Below, piece by piece: positions 26,691-39,612 of a DNA stretch of 64,000 bases (position 1 is the stretch's first letter; the number at the start of each line of letters is the position of its first letter). The position numbers and the translations under genes were made by a program. This stretch comes from Gracilinanus agilis (taxonomy: Eukaryota), in assembly GCF_016433145.1 (NCBI RefSeq), contig NC_058131.1, forward strand, positions 650,621,862 through 650,685,861, read 5' to 3'. The notes under the pieces were generated by a model. That model worked only from the letters and a program-made list of their open reading frames with translations, did not search any database and was not told the origin of the DNA.

Positions 26691-27233
26691 AGCTCACTGG
26701 GCTCTTAATTAAACTGCAGATCGTAGTGTGGCCAATAAGCAGTCTTTTATCTACTTGGTTTTTCCTTGTACATATAATTTAGTATCTATTAAACTATTGT
26801 AGGATATTGGACTAAATATATACTTCTTGGAGAACATGCTCTAGAACTTTCTTTCTGACTTGATAGCAGTTATAACTTGATAAGCACATGCTCTCCTTTG
26901 TCTCTCTTCCCACCTGCTCCCACCTCTCCCCTTTCCCCCTCCCTCCCCCCCCAGGGATATAAAACCTGCTGCCCTGCCTCCCTAGTCATATATTGTTCCT
27001 GCTTTTCTGAATAATTAATGGTGTTGAATCAAAGGCCAAAGCATCATTCTCTCAAATTCTTTTGCACAAATTCTTTGTTATGGTTCTAAAATGATCTTTC
27101 ATTGAAGATAAGAACATATGATGGGACAAGTTGTAAAAATTTTTATCTACTGCTGTAATAAAGTGCTCTCGTAAGCAGCAGATAAGATTGTGTTTGATAA
27201 CTTCAGACACTCATAGATAATTTAAAACTATGA

Positions 27234-27441
27234 GGGGCAGCTGAGTAGCTCAGTGGATTGAGAGCCAGGCCTAGAGATAGGAGGTCCTAGGTTCAAATCT
27301 GGCCTCAGACACTTCCCAGCCGTGTGACCCTGGGCAAGTCACTTGACCCCCATTGCCTACCCTTACCACTCATCCACCTATAAGTCAATACACAGAAGTT
27401 AAGGGTTTAAAATAAAAAACAAAAACAAAAAAAAAAAAAAA
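27234..27441 (+). mobile_element. Young SINE1_Mdo-type SINE with TSD
   Basis: Full ggggcagctgagtagctcagtggattgagagccaggcctagaga.. body, A tail, TSD aaaactatgag on both sides. Confidence 0.92.
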
Positions 27442-28299
27442 CTATGAGTCCTACAGCATTAATACATGTAGGAACATTTAGGTCGCTTTTGTTTTAATTT
27501 GAGGGAAGATGATTCATTAGCAGATGCTAGAATTTGGCAAGCATTATCAAAATAGGCTAGGTTCATTAGCAGTAAAAAATTTTAGGGGTAATCAGAAATG
27601 AATCTATTTTCTTTCTCCCCATAAAAAGAAATACACAACATTTGTTCAATTTTGCAATTTCATTGTTCATCGTTCATTTTCACTGCATAGAATCTTCTGC
27701 CTTCGCCAAAGCCATATTACCATGTGTCCATACTTGCTCATGGCATGGGGAAATAGATAAATAACCAAGAAAGGTTATGGGCCATGTCAACAGAGTAAAA
27801 GCACTGACCAACCAGTTCTCATAAGCTGCAAAAGCTTAAGTATATACTACATTAATTAAATTTAAGGAGGTGCAACACAGCTTTGCACAAGTGGTCAATT
27901 TTTCAGCCTTAGGAACTCTCAGAAGTTTGCTGTGTTTTAGAGGGGTTTTAATCTGAGATGTGGTAGGATTACCTAAATTAAGGGGCTTGAAATATTAAAT
28001 ATCTAATGGCATGTCTCAAATTTTCTAAATAACTTGAAATCCTTCAAAAAAATACAGGGTGCTCAACAATTATATCTGCTCCCCTCTCTTGACTTTTAAC
28101 TGAAGGAAACTTGAAACCCAAATAACTATAGCTTCTAGAATATACCCGGATCTGTTGTGTAACCATTTTCATTTAATTTAGAGAATATGAATTATGTTTT
28201 AGCTTTGCATTAACAATGCTTCAGAGGTTGTTGAAAATGAGTACAGCTTAGCTTGCTACACATCAGAGGAAAACGAGTCTTGACTTTTCTCTGTTCCTT

Positions 28300-28660
28300 T
28301 CCCTGCTTGTGGCCACCTTTGTATCTCCCTCAACTGTGGTTGCTTCTACTCTATTTATAGGCAGTGCTTCTCTTCTTTACTACATGATTCATTCTTCTCT
28401 CCAAGTTTCTGTCTTTTAAAATGTTCCTTTTGTGTTCTATGTTTTTAACTTTTCTCCTCTCATTTCTGTCTAACTTTCCCTGTCTTCTTAGGTATATCTT
28501 TTTTCTTAACACATTCCTCTTGACTATCTTCTGTCCTTCCCATCTTCCTGCCTAACTTTTGTTTCCTCCTTCCTCTTCTCACTTCTTCCCTTCCCCTTTA
28601 TCTGGTTTCTTTCTTCCCATCTCCTCCTACCCTTGCAAGTACCTTTCCTTCTTTTGACCT
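28300..28660. repeat. Long C/T-rich low-complexity tract
   Basis: ~350 bp dominated by ttc/ctt/tcc repeats. Confidence 0.7.
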
Positions 28661-30439
28661 TTCAATGACCGTGATATGGAGTCTAGGTATGCTTTTAGTA
28701 CTTATGATTAAGAGAACTTCTCATTTATCATATGTCTGTAAGGGGAAAAAAATACCCTCCCTACCAAGTCAGTTATGTTAGTTCTTGTCTCCATGTGTTT
28801 CTCAGCTAGATTTTTTTTTTTCATATGGTTCAGTATAACTTAATAGTAAAAAAGAAAAAAATCTATCCTTGTTACATTATATGTTCATATACCACCAGAG
28901 CAGTAGAAAAGGCTGATGAGAGAAAGTAGTTAATAATTATATAGTGCTTTATATATGTTCTCTCATTTGGTCTCCCCACAACAGCCTTGTGATATAGGTA
29001 GATGAGGCTGAGAGGTGAAGAGACTTGCCCAGAGTCACATAGCCACTAAGTGTCTAAGCCAAGATTTTAACTCAGATCTTCCTGACTCCAAGCCCAGCAC
29101 TCTTCTGCACCATCCAGCTGTCAAGAGAAAACTAGTCCATGATTTAAAAACTCATCCTCTTGTGAATAGTCAAGAATTGGCTATTTACTTTCAACTGCTT
29201 TCATTTTACTTTGCATATAATAATAATGAGAGCTAGCATTTATACATGCTTTAAGATTTTTCAAAGTACTTTACAAATATTATCTCTTTTGATTCTTAGA
29301 ACTACCCTGACAGGTAGGTGCTCCCTATCCAAAATTCCCATTTTTTGGATATGAGAACTGAGGCAGAGAGGTTGAGTTTACCATGTACATAGTGTGGCTT
29401 TCTAGGGATAACTTTCACTTCCACTGTTACTGTTAACACACCTGCTTTCCAAAAGCTCCAGAGCCTTTGAGTATCACAGTGGAATCACCTTGTTCTAAAT
29501 TCTAATTTTAGTTATTATGTCATGATGGATTTTATTTAAAAAAAAAATACAAAACACAGTGGGAAGTTGCAAGCTTAAACAAAACTCAGACTATCCCAAG
29601 CTTTGTCTGCCACTATTATTAGAATGTATTTAGGAACTATTATTTCATTACTGAAAAGTAGGTAAAGGATAAATTAAACCATAGTCTTGGTTAATTGATG
29701 TGATGATCCAGCAAGAATATTTGAGGATGTGTAGGGTTTAAGTTCATGACATTCGTTTTTCAATAACATATAAAGAATTTTCTTGAAGCTGTCACTTCTG
29801 CTAAATCCTTTGTGGAAAACCAGCTGTCATCATACCCTTTACTTAATAAACTAGTGGTCATTTGAGACAAAAATTTTTGAGATTTCATTAGTGGTGATTA
29901 AGAAGAGATTTTATAGTGTTTTCAGAGTGCCTTCCCATACCTTATGTCAGTTAGTTGTCCCCTGTACCTGGTGAAGAAGTGCTGTTGTCCTTGTTTGCAG
30001 ATAAGGATATGGAGGCTCAGAGATAGGGGGTTAAGGCCCAAGGTCATCCATCTGGGGGAAGAGTCTAGGTCTTATGGCTCTTTTTTTCCCCAGTAAACTA
30101 TATTTGTTGATCTAGATTCTCCTAGCTCCCATAATCTTTTAAACAAACCACTTGGTTCTGTTCAAACATTTCTCCTTCAATATGTTAAAATTACCCTTTC
30201 AGTCTGGTAAAGACCTCTATTCATAGCTCTCTCAGGGCAGAAATTAGCTTATATTAACTAATAGAATACAACAATTCCCCCCCCCCCCCAAGGCGCAAAA
30301 GAAATATGGTGGACCTCTTTGAAATCAGACATCAAACCTGATAATAAAAAACTAAATGTGCTTTGACTCATTTTTGTCCTCTGTTTCATTATCCCATGCA
30401 AAGGAAGAATATTTAAATTTGCCTTTTTTCTTTTTTCAG

Positions 30440-30467
30440 GCAAAAGGCAAGATTGTGATAATGCCAG
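30440..30467 (+). CDS. CUTC: CUTC exon 7 (28 nt)
   Basis: AKGKIVIMP(G); long polypyrimidine tract, CAG acceptor, GTATTT donor. Confidence 0.95.
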
Positions 30468-30854
30468 GTATTTATTTATTTTTCCATTTGCTAGTTGTAA
30501 CATTGAAATTCAGTGTAAGATGAGAAAGGAGGCAGATGGATACAGGCGAGAGAAGTCTAGCAAACATTTTTTTAAAGTATATTTAGGGGAAAATGTTCTA
30601 GACTGGCAGGCCTATGCTGACTAAGAATTTTACAGAGGGGATATTTTAGAGTAAAGAGAATATTCTAGTAGAGGGTATCCTAGAGAAGACTTGAAATTGG
30701 GGAAATCTTAGGATGGGAGAATATGTCCTTGGAGTTAAGGCTTGTCTTTTTATGGGAAAGGGTTTCCCAGAATCATGGGAGTTTTCCTATGGTTACTATC
30801 TTTTGTTTAGTTGGGTTTTTTTTTTTAACTGAGGAGAAGCAATGTCCCTTAGGA

Positions 30855-31059
30855 CAGTGATGGGCAAACTACAGCCAGTGGGCCAGATGTGGGCCCCCTG
30901 AAATGTTCTATCTGGCCACAGAACATTATTCCTAATCTGAAGAATACAACGAGTAGGATACAATACAATGAAACTTTGAAAGAATTGCCTTAGAAATAGA
31001 CTGACAGATAAGCATTTCCTTTCCTTTAGTCCCCTCTTTAAAAAATTTGCCCATCACTG
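30855..31059. mobile_element. Non-autonomous hAT DNA transposon (MITE, 205 bp)
   Basis: Perfect 14-bp TIRs cagtgatgggcaaa / tttgcccatcactg and perfect 8-bp TSD ccttagga (30847-30854, 31060-31067). Confidence 0.95.
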
Positions 31060-33899
31060 CCTTAGGAGAAATTCTGTGCCAGAAGGTTGGACAATAGTGT
31101 GGAATTATGCCTCCAGGGATAATATCCAACAGTTATGTTTTGTCAGGTTTAAGTCAGTGTTTCTAGAAGTGGAGGTGAAGAACATGGGCAGATGATCTAG
31201 TAAATATTATTTGAAAGGAAAAGTGAATTATTTAGGGAAAATAGAGAAGATACAAATGGGACATCAAATAAATTAAGTGCATTCTAAATTCTGAAAATCA
31301 GTGATCGCCAAATTCTGTCTTTTCGCCAATAAATCCATGATGAAAATAATGTAGACACTTCCAGTGGTATATAGGAAATTGTGGCTTAGAAGCAAAATAG
31401 ATTGCTCACTTTGGAAGAAGTTAGTTAAGGGGATCCAGAATCAAAATGAAGTACTTTAATGAGAAGGAACTTTCTTTGAGTCAAGATGTGTGTGGGGAAG
31501 GGAGAGGAGGGTTATGATTATAAGTTAGGAGTTTATGAAAAGAACTTTGGAGTAGAACAAGGGAAGAGACAGGAGCCTGATCAAATGGAACATGTAAACG
31601 CTTTTTATGTTGAAGTCCATGCATAAAAAATGGTTCATGTTTAGGGTAGACAGTCTGCTTATTGTTTTGAGTTTAAAGAAAGTGAATAATTTAAAATTGT
31701 ATGCAAGCTTTTAAAAAACAGCTTCCTAAACTACTAAAAATTGCTAAAAACTTTAGTGATACTATAGTAATAGAGTTTAGTATGAATAAATACATAAAAA
31801 TGGAGAAATATATGCCTATCAAGGGATTCAAAATCAATAAAATAAAATTAGGGACATAGTTCAACAGTAAATCCTTAAACCCTTAATAATTAGAAAGATT
31901 AACAATGGCAGTTAAAGTTGAAGAAACAGTTAACTTGTAGAGAAAATAAGTTTTGTCTCAGTTGTCATTAGGGTTAAGTGACTTAAAATTCCAGCTTCAA
32001 TGCATTCTTTTGTTACAAAATGATTCAGTACAAAGTTAGACGAGATCACATTTAACTGAGTTTCTGGAGTATTCTGTATGTTGCCCAGAAGTTGTTACTG
32101 ATGAGGATTGATGTACTATAGAAAGGAGGAAAAAGAATAATCAGCATCAATGATGTTATGCCTCCAGACTGCAAATGGAAGGGCTACTTTGAAAGCTAGC
32201 TAGATTACAACCTAAATATGGGAAACTGATTGGTAAAACAGAATAATTAAGTTTGAGGAAATAGAACATAACCCAGAAATAAGTCTGTAAGTTCAGCAAC
32301 TTCTTGAAAATAGAAAACTAGAACTACATGCTATTTACTAGTCTTATAAGTAAAAGTGATCATTTATGACTGTAGGACAATTTGGTGGTCAGTGAAAGTC
32401 ATGAGGGCTTGTTTTTCTATTCAAGACAGTATTATTGGCAGCAAAAGTTCTGAAGTACAACATAAGTTTCCTTTATTTTTAAGATTCAAAACTCAAACTT
32501 GTTTGCAAAGGAAATATATTCATTTCCTTGTTGGCTTTCATCATCATTTCATTGATGAAATTCCATTACAAAAAGGTCATGTTATGGCTTAATAAAAATC
32601 TCAGTTAAGAATCCTAATATCTGTCTAAACTTGATCATTCATTTAAAAATGAGTTGGTTGTAAGAGACAGCAGTGTCCATTGCTGACACAAAATGTGAGT
32701 ATAGTAACTAGACCACCATTTATCCAAAAGTCTCTCAGTGAATACATCTACTCTTAAGTGGTTAATGACATCCATTATGGTTACCCAAGACACCACAAAG
32801 GCCCAGAGGATCTTGATTTCTTCTTGTCTTGATGATTCATATTCATGTAGATTTAGTTGATTTATATTGGTAATATTATTCACCAGAATTCTGATTAAAG
32901 TTTATCCTATTAACCAGCCATATACTTATTTCTGTGCATGTACACCCACTGTCCTTACTTACTATCGTGGATTCTATCCCCTTAGCTTGGTGACCTGAGC
33001 AAGTCATTCCCACCTCTCTGGGCCTTAGTTTACTTAGCTGTAAAATGAGGGGTTGCTAGATGATCTGTAGAGGCCCCTATATCATTCTAGCATATAAGCC
33101 TAGCTCTGAAGTGGCTGCTGGGAGCACTGGGCAGTAGGGGCATAGATGAAGGGAGAGAACCTGGTGATGGGTGATTTGGATGATGGAGCCCAAGGGAGAG
33201 GCAGAGCCCAGATGGCTGGGAGAATGGAGAGCGAAGGTATGGGCAGGATGGGGAATGGCTTTGAGGGACTTAAACTAAATCTGTTTGGAGCATTTGACCT
33301 TGTGGATGCCAGCAGGGCCAGAGGTGTGTTTGGGAGAGGTCTGTGTGCACAAAGGCGGTGGGAAATCCACCTTTAATGTTCCTAAACTGACCTGTGGTAC
33401 TGGGGGCATTGAATGGTCTTAGAAATCACATCAGGCTTGATGATTTAGGGTTCATTTTGTATTTTAAGACTTAAATTAGGCCAAGCTTGTTAAAACGATT
33501 TCTTTTAGATTCTTGATTCATATGGTCTCATAAAATGAAACTTATGTGAGCAAGGGTGAATGTATTTTTTTCCATTCTTCTTAGAAGATGACCAGTAATA
33601 AAATAGAGACATACCAAAACCCAAGAAAGACAAATGGAAATGAAGGGGACTAAAGGACAGGAACAACAACTTGTATAGTTTGTGGGGGTTATAAAACACT
33701 TTCCTCATAGTCACCTTGTGAAATGGGTAGAGTAAATATTATCCCATTTTACAGATGAGGAAACTGAGGCCCTGAAGGATAATAGGACTTTACCATGACA
33801 CGTAAAAGTGTCAGATCTGGGCCTTGATCCAGATGTCATCTTTAGTGCCCTTTGCCTGACCTCAGAGAGGAAGTAGGAAGAGAGGAGCGTTTTCTGACC

Positions 33900-34800
33900 A
33901 CGGAGTCACCAGAGCAGTCCAGAAAAGGCTGAGGTTAGGCAGGTTGCGGCCAGGGGCCGCGTGGGCGGGGTCGGGCCTCGTGATTGGTGGAAATCAGGCG
34001 CCACGGGGTGGGGCCTTCCCTGGCTGAGGGAAGGCCTAAGAGCGACTCAATGTAGCAGGCCTGGGGTGACCAGGGCTCCTTGACGTGGTATTGGGCTCTC
34101 TCCCCCAGGGGGCGGCATAACCGAGAGAAACCTGCAGAGGATCCTTGAGGGCTCCGGCGCCACTGAGTTCCACTGCTCAGCTCGCTCAGCCAAGGACTCC
34201 GGCATGAAGTTCCGGTAGGGCGGGGCCTGGGAGGGGCGGGGCCGCAGGGCGCTCTCGAGGGCTTCTCCATGCAGCCCCCCAACTTTGGTGTCCTCGGTAA
34301 ATGGACGAGTGACTTGCTGAGTGACCCTGGCCACTGTTAAGGGAAAGGCAAGGCTCTCGTTTTTGCGGGAGGTATTACTTCCCATCCTGAAAGTGGCCCC
34401 CATTTCATGCTTTACGTGATCTCCTTTGCACTTCTTAACAACCATGGGGGGCTGGGCTATGGAGGGATTGGAGGCCGAGGAGGGAAGCGGCTGGCTAGGA
34501 AGTGTCCGAGGCCCTGCCCAAGCCAGGTATCCGCATTAGCCACAAAGCGGAGCCGGCTGAGGAAGACCGCTTCAAAGAGCGGAACTTGGGCTGCATCTTC
34601 TAACCGGAGACTGCAAAGTGCGGAATGTGCCGCTAAGAAGGATTGCAGAGCCCCAAGTCCAGTTCTTCTGGGCAGCTGTGATGCGGGTCTGTCACCAGGA
34701 GGGGCAGGAAAGGCTTGGGGATTTAGGGGGCGGGTGCCATGGGGGAGGCCTGCCAAACTCCTCCGAGCTAGCAAAGGGAAGGCGATAATCTGTTCCTTTA
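33900..34800. promoter_or_regulatory. Intragenic CpG island over CUTC exon 8 and intron 8
   Basis: Abrupt GC/CpG rise. GC boxes gggcgggg at 33963, ~34219 and ~34234; inverted CCAAT box tgattgg at 33981-33987. Confidence 0.65.
34109..34214 (+). CDS. CUTC: CUTC exon 8 (106 nt)
   Basis: GGITERNLQRILEGSGATEFHCSARSAKDSGMKF(R); CAG/GTAGGG. Confidence 0.97.
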
Positions 34801-34815
34801 TCATTTCTTTGACAG

Positions 34816-34927
34816 AAATACCTCTGTTGCCATGGGAGCCTCCCTTTCCAACTCAGAATATTCCTCGAAGGTAACAGATGTGACCAAAGTAAGGACCTTG
34901 TGTGCCATCGCCAAGAGCTTCCTGTAG
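34816..34927 (+). CDS. CUTC: CUTC exon 9 CDS to stop (112 nt)
   Basis: NTSVAMGASLSNSEYSSKVTDVTKVRTLCAIAKSFL*. The spliced CDS totals 819 nt (272 aa) in frame. Confidence 0.97.
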
Positions 34928-35227
34928 GATCAGCAGAAGCCCTGGGAGAGAAGTGCCCGAGCCAGGATCAAGAGTCAGGGAAGCCTGATGTCCAAGGCTG
35001 TTGGACCCAGATAGCACAGCTTTCCCCTTCTCTGGACAGGACAGGGATTGACCACACGGACCATGGAGAATCCTTCCGGAGGAGCCACGGTTGGTTGGAG
35101 AAGCCCCAGTCTCGTCATCTGATTATTCTTGCCAGCCTTCTCCATCATCATGACTAAACAGAGCTGGATTGAGACTTTGACAGAGGCTTATTCTGCCCAG
35201 AAAATGAGATTAATCGATAGGCTGGAA

Positions 35228-35269
35228 AATAAATTTGATATAGTCTTTGATTTACCTTTATGAAATAAA
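35228..35269 (+). terminator. Candidate CUTC polyadenylation signals (AATAAA x2)
   Basis: AATAAA at 35228-35233 and 35264-35269, ~300 nt after the stop and followed by T-rich sequence. Confidence 0.6.
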
Positions 35270-36189
35270 ATTTCTCATTTCTGTTAGATTTTTTCGTCTA
35301 TTTACTTTTACTCTGGGAGTAGTCTCTAGCCCAGATAAAAGGAATAACTTGGCTTTTGACTTCTTGGAATGGATTTTTAAACTATCAACAAATATTTTTT
35401 GACAGGCTTTTATATGTCCTGCACAATATATAGGGAGATAAATATGGAAAATGTTCTTGCCATTACTTGCCTTAGTCTCCATGCATTTTTTTCTCTGTAC
35501 TTCCAAAACATCTTGGCTATGCCACATAATGACTATGTGATTCATTATTATATGATTTACTTTTTTGCTTCATGTGTTTGTCTTTTTTAATTAGATTAAG
35601 CACCTAGAGGACAGAGACCATGTTTTGCCCAAATATTTGCTTTTGATCTTTCTCCATCCCTATGGTGCACTTTCCTGCTTAGTATGTCCAATTTCTAGCT
35701 TTAGAGGGCCAAGTCAAAAGCTTCCACCTCCATGGAGCCTTCCATACCAGTAGGAAGTCATCTCCTTCTGGTGAACTTTCATAATACTTCATTTATTCAT
35801 CTGCAGCATGGTACATGGAAAGTGTCTCAGATTTGGAATTAGACAGTCTGTATTAAAATCCTGCCATTTACCAGCTGTATGATCTTTTAACAAATCTCTT
35901 GATGTCTCTGGGTGTCTATTTCCTCAACTGTAAAACATTTGTGGCAAGTCTCAACCTCTAAAGCTCCTTCTTAGCTCCGAATTCTGTAATCTTGAATTTC
36001 AATATTCTAGTTTTTGGTGAATTTGTTTTATTTCCCCTGCTAGACTCTAGGCCTCTTGGGTAATAAGTACCACGTCTTATTCATTTTGTTCTACCACTTC
36101 TCTCCCCCAGTGTCTGATACAAAGTAGGAATTCGGTCTCTTATCTCCTCCAACACATATGAACAGGAATCTCACAATAATCCTAAAAAT

Positions 36190-37480
36190 CGGTCATCCAG
36201 ACCAGGAGTTGGCAATTAAGAGATAATTGACAAATTTGGAAAGAGCATACTTGGTTGAATGATAAGATGAGGAGGTAGATTTACAGAAAATTAAGAGTGA
36301 AAGATAAAGAGGGGAGGCACTTAGCAATGAAAGGGATGAGGGGTATTGGGCAACAGCCGGCCAGAATGAAGTAATCAAGTGAAGGAATCTGAGGATGAGG
36401 GAGACTCAAGCATGTCTATAAGCAGCAGGGAAGCAGCCAGTAGAAAGGGAGAAACGGAAGATTAGTGAAAGGGTGGGGATGATAGAGGGAACTGTCTGCT
36501 GGAGGAGATGGGATGGAATGAGATGTGCATGCAAAGGCTACATGGATCCTTGGCCAGGAGAAGTCATAGCAGTTGAGAGAAATATTAGAGGCAAGCATCT
36601 GAGTTATATGATGAGAGGAGGGAAGAAGAGGGAGTTCAGCAAATGGCCTCAATTTTTTTTTTTTAAATTTTTAAACCCTTAACTTCTGTGTATTGACTTA
36701 TAGGTGGAAGATTGGCAAGGGTAGGCAATGGGGGTCAAGTGACTTGCCCAGGGTCACACAGCTGGGAAGTGTCTGAGGCCGGATTTGAACCTAGGACCTC
36801 CTGTCTCCAGGCCTGGCTCTCGATCCACTGAGCTACCCAGCTGCCCCAAATGGCCTCAATTTTTAAAATGAAAAGCAAACCTCTCAACTGAGGGGGCTGG
36901 GGATGTAGGAGCCTTGAGTTTTGAGGAAGGATGAAAAGTTTCAGAAAAGCCACCTTGGTGGATGGAATAGTGAATTGAATAAGGAAATGTAAAAGTATTG
37001 CCTTGAAGCGATGGGGACTCATGGTTTTTTTATTTTTTTTCCTCCAACTTCAGCAACACTTGAATAAGAGCAAAGGCAGCAGAAGGGGAATTTATCCAAG
37101 GCTTAGGCTTGACAGGGCAAGATAGGATAATAGGGCAAGGGACTCAAAGGGACAGTGTAAAGTTGAACTGTTTCACCAACTGGATCAGGGTGTAGAAGAG
37201 AGGAAATTATAACCAGTAGTGGAGGGATGGCCTGGGGAAGAAATGAGAGGTAGAGGCCTTAGAGGTCATGGTGAGGACGAAGATTAAAGCTAGGCATTCC
37301 AGAGGTCTCGGTGTGGAGCAGAGGTAGCTTTAAAGTGGGAAGTTGGGAACTGAGCATTAGAGCATAGAAAGCAGAGTTTATACACTGGGTTCAGTCAGTG
37401 GCATGGGAAGGGCAGTAGGATGAGGTGGGAATATCTTGATTATTGAGAAATGAGTTAAGGCAAGTTTTCATCCCTATGGC
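36190..37480 (-). mobile_element. L2 remnant interrupted by a young SINE
   Basis: ttggcaattaagagataattgacaaatttgg, gtcatggtgaggac and similar L2-type reverse-complement text. Confidence 0.55.
36657..36847 (-). mobile_element. Young SINE1_Mdo-type SINE with 16-bp TSD
   Basis: TSD aaatggcctcaatttt at 36641-36656 and 36848-36863; full body. Confidence 0.93.
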
Positions 37481-38869
37481 GTGGAGATGGGGCAGGCTGG
37501 TTGAGGAGAGTGAGCAGTGAGGCTCACCAATCTTTGAGTCAGCCTCAGGGTAGAAATTGTCAGGTGCATAACTGAAAAATTTGGGTGGAAGAAGATAATC
37601 ATGACTAGAGACAGTGCCAGAGGCTGATGGAAAAGTAATAAAATACTAAGCTTCTTGAGCAAGAACTCTTTTTCTCTCTTTGTATAGTGAACATCAGGCA
37701 CAGTTCCAGGCATATAGTAGTAGTAGGTGCTCAATAAATGCTTCTTGAATAAATGAACCTCCTGGCTCTCATCTCTAGTCATCTTCCACATAGCTGACCA
37801 TATCATGTCCCTGCCTGCCTCCAAACCTCAAGTGGCTCCCTATTACCTCTTGTCCCTGGTAGATTTTAGCAGCATTGTCTAGGAGTTTTTTGCAAGTGAC
37901 TTAGATCCAGAGAAGCAAAGTACTGAAGAGGAGCCCCCTCCTGGCCTGCCCTGAAAATAGGACCTATTCCAGTATGTCTAAGAGAAAATGTTTCTGGGGA
38001 CCAGATGACTATACAGGGCATTTAGGATCCAAGATGAAATGTGCTGATTAAATGGATATTGGGAACGGATCACTAAATTACAAGGAAACAATGTTAGTTA
38101 ATATTAGTGATCTTTATTGTACTACTTTGGCTTTTTGTTTCACAGTATGCATCTGTTGGCTGAGTTTTCTTGATTGCCTTGGTGCTATATAAATAGCACC
38201 CATCTAAATTAGTCCATAGTTTTAGATAGTCTTACTATGGTTTGTGCTATGATTAATCAACGTTATTCTTACATTAACCAGTGAGTAGAAATTGTGACAA
38301 GTCTACATAAGATCCTACATTTAAATTACAGAAGAAACATAATTACCTTCTTTGGGTGACTCCTATTGGAATCCTTCATCTTGATTCATGTGGCTGCAGG
38401 GAAATGGCTAGTTTGCCACCCTTGGTAAATGAGCATTTATTACTTCTTGCTTTATCCTTTTTAGACTTTTGCATTTGTTGCTATGTTAAAGCCTATTCTA
38501 AAGTTGCACCAGAAAAATTGATGTCAGTACATAATGTTAACTATGTTAAAATTATATTAAATTTTTTAATTATAGAATTAGTCTATAGATAAGTGATCTG
38601 TGCCTCATTGATCAAAAAGGACTGAAATATCAGACTGATTCTGTATCATTTTTAATTACTATTATTTACATTTAATTGGTTTTGTCCTATGACTGCCCAA
38701 GTGTGAGTATGTTCTAATACCACTTTGTAGAATCCAACCAATTTTGTATATCAAAATTTTTTTAATTAGAAAAGCTAGCTCTGTCTCTGAACTTAGTTCT
38801 GGATTCAGTTGGCCTCTAATGAGCTAAGTTTGGAAGTTCAGTTCTCTTACTAATCACTTTTCTATTTTT

Positions 38870-39612
38870 GCCTGTTATTCTTGAGGGATGCAGGTGGACA
38901 CTAGGGAGTCTGGTTCACTATCTCCAACCGTGCAGGTGTTCTCCAACAATGAACATTTCTTAGTCACAAGAGTTCGGCTTCCCCTCTAAGTTAGTGAAAA
39001 GAAAACTTGTTACAAAAATATCTTCAATTCCTGGAAAATTCCATGATATCTGTTTGCTCTCTCTGAAGGTCTACAAGTTGACCTAATAGATTTCCACAAG
39101 TTATTCTGTCCATCCTTGCCTATCCTCATACAATTAAGGAGTTTTCTCTCCCTCCTCGGGGTTGGGGAGTCTGCTGTCCCGGATCTACTATCATGGCTTC
39201 AGGATGCAGATAGGTCCCATAAATCAATAAAGCATTCCTCTAGGACAGAGAGGGATGGCTAGTAGAGCCACCTGGGTACTAGCCTACTTTTCTTCTTCTT
39301 CTTTTTTTTTTTTTTTTTAAACCCTTACCTTCTGTCATAGAATCAATCCTGGGTATTGGTTCCAAGGCAGAAGAGTGGTAAGGGCTAGGCAATGGAGGTG
39401 AAGTGACTTGCCCAGAGTCACACTAGCCTATTCTTCTTAATGTAACCAATCATGTCCTCACCCTCATGATGCTGTCAGCCCTATGACCAATTGCATCATT
39501 TTCCTCATCTATCCAGTTTTGCTCTGTGTTCTATGCTTATAAAAAGGAGCTGTACCTCCTTCTCAGGTCATTGGCCTAACTGAGGTAGCCATTTGACCCA
39601 CTTTGTTAACAA
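38870..39612. mobile_element. Possible solo LTR containing a SINE fragment (39302-39423)
   Basis: Non-LINE, moderately GC-rich block ending ..tgttaaca; boundaries not resolved. Confidence 0.3.

Noticed and set aside
27234-27320. tRNA-like A/B boxes as tRNA genes (also in other SINE heads)
   Set aside because: They are heads of tRNA-derived SINEs followed by CORE, tail and TSD, with no complete cloverleaf.
32040-32900. Coding-like AT-rich stretch (ORFs 32356-32592 and 32635-32883) as an ancient transposase or pseudogene fossil
   Set aside because: I could not recognise any motif; a profile search would be needed to support it.
33935-34874. 115-155 aa ORFs on both strands around CUTC exon 8
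   Set aside because: They are GC-rich by-products with no recognisable homology; the real coding content is CUTC exons 8-9.
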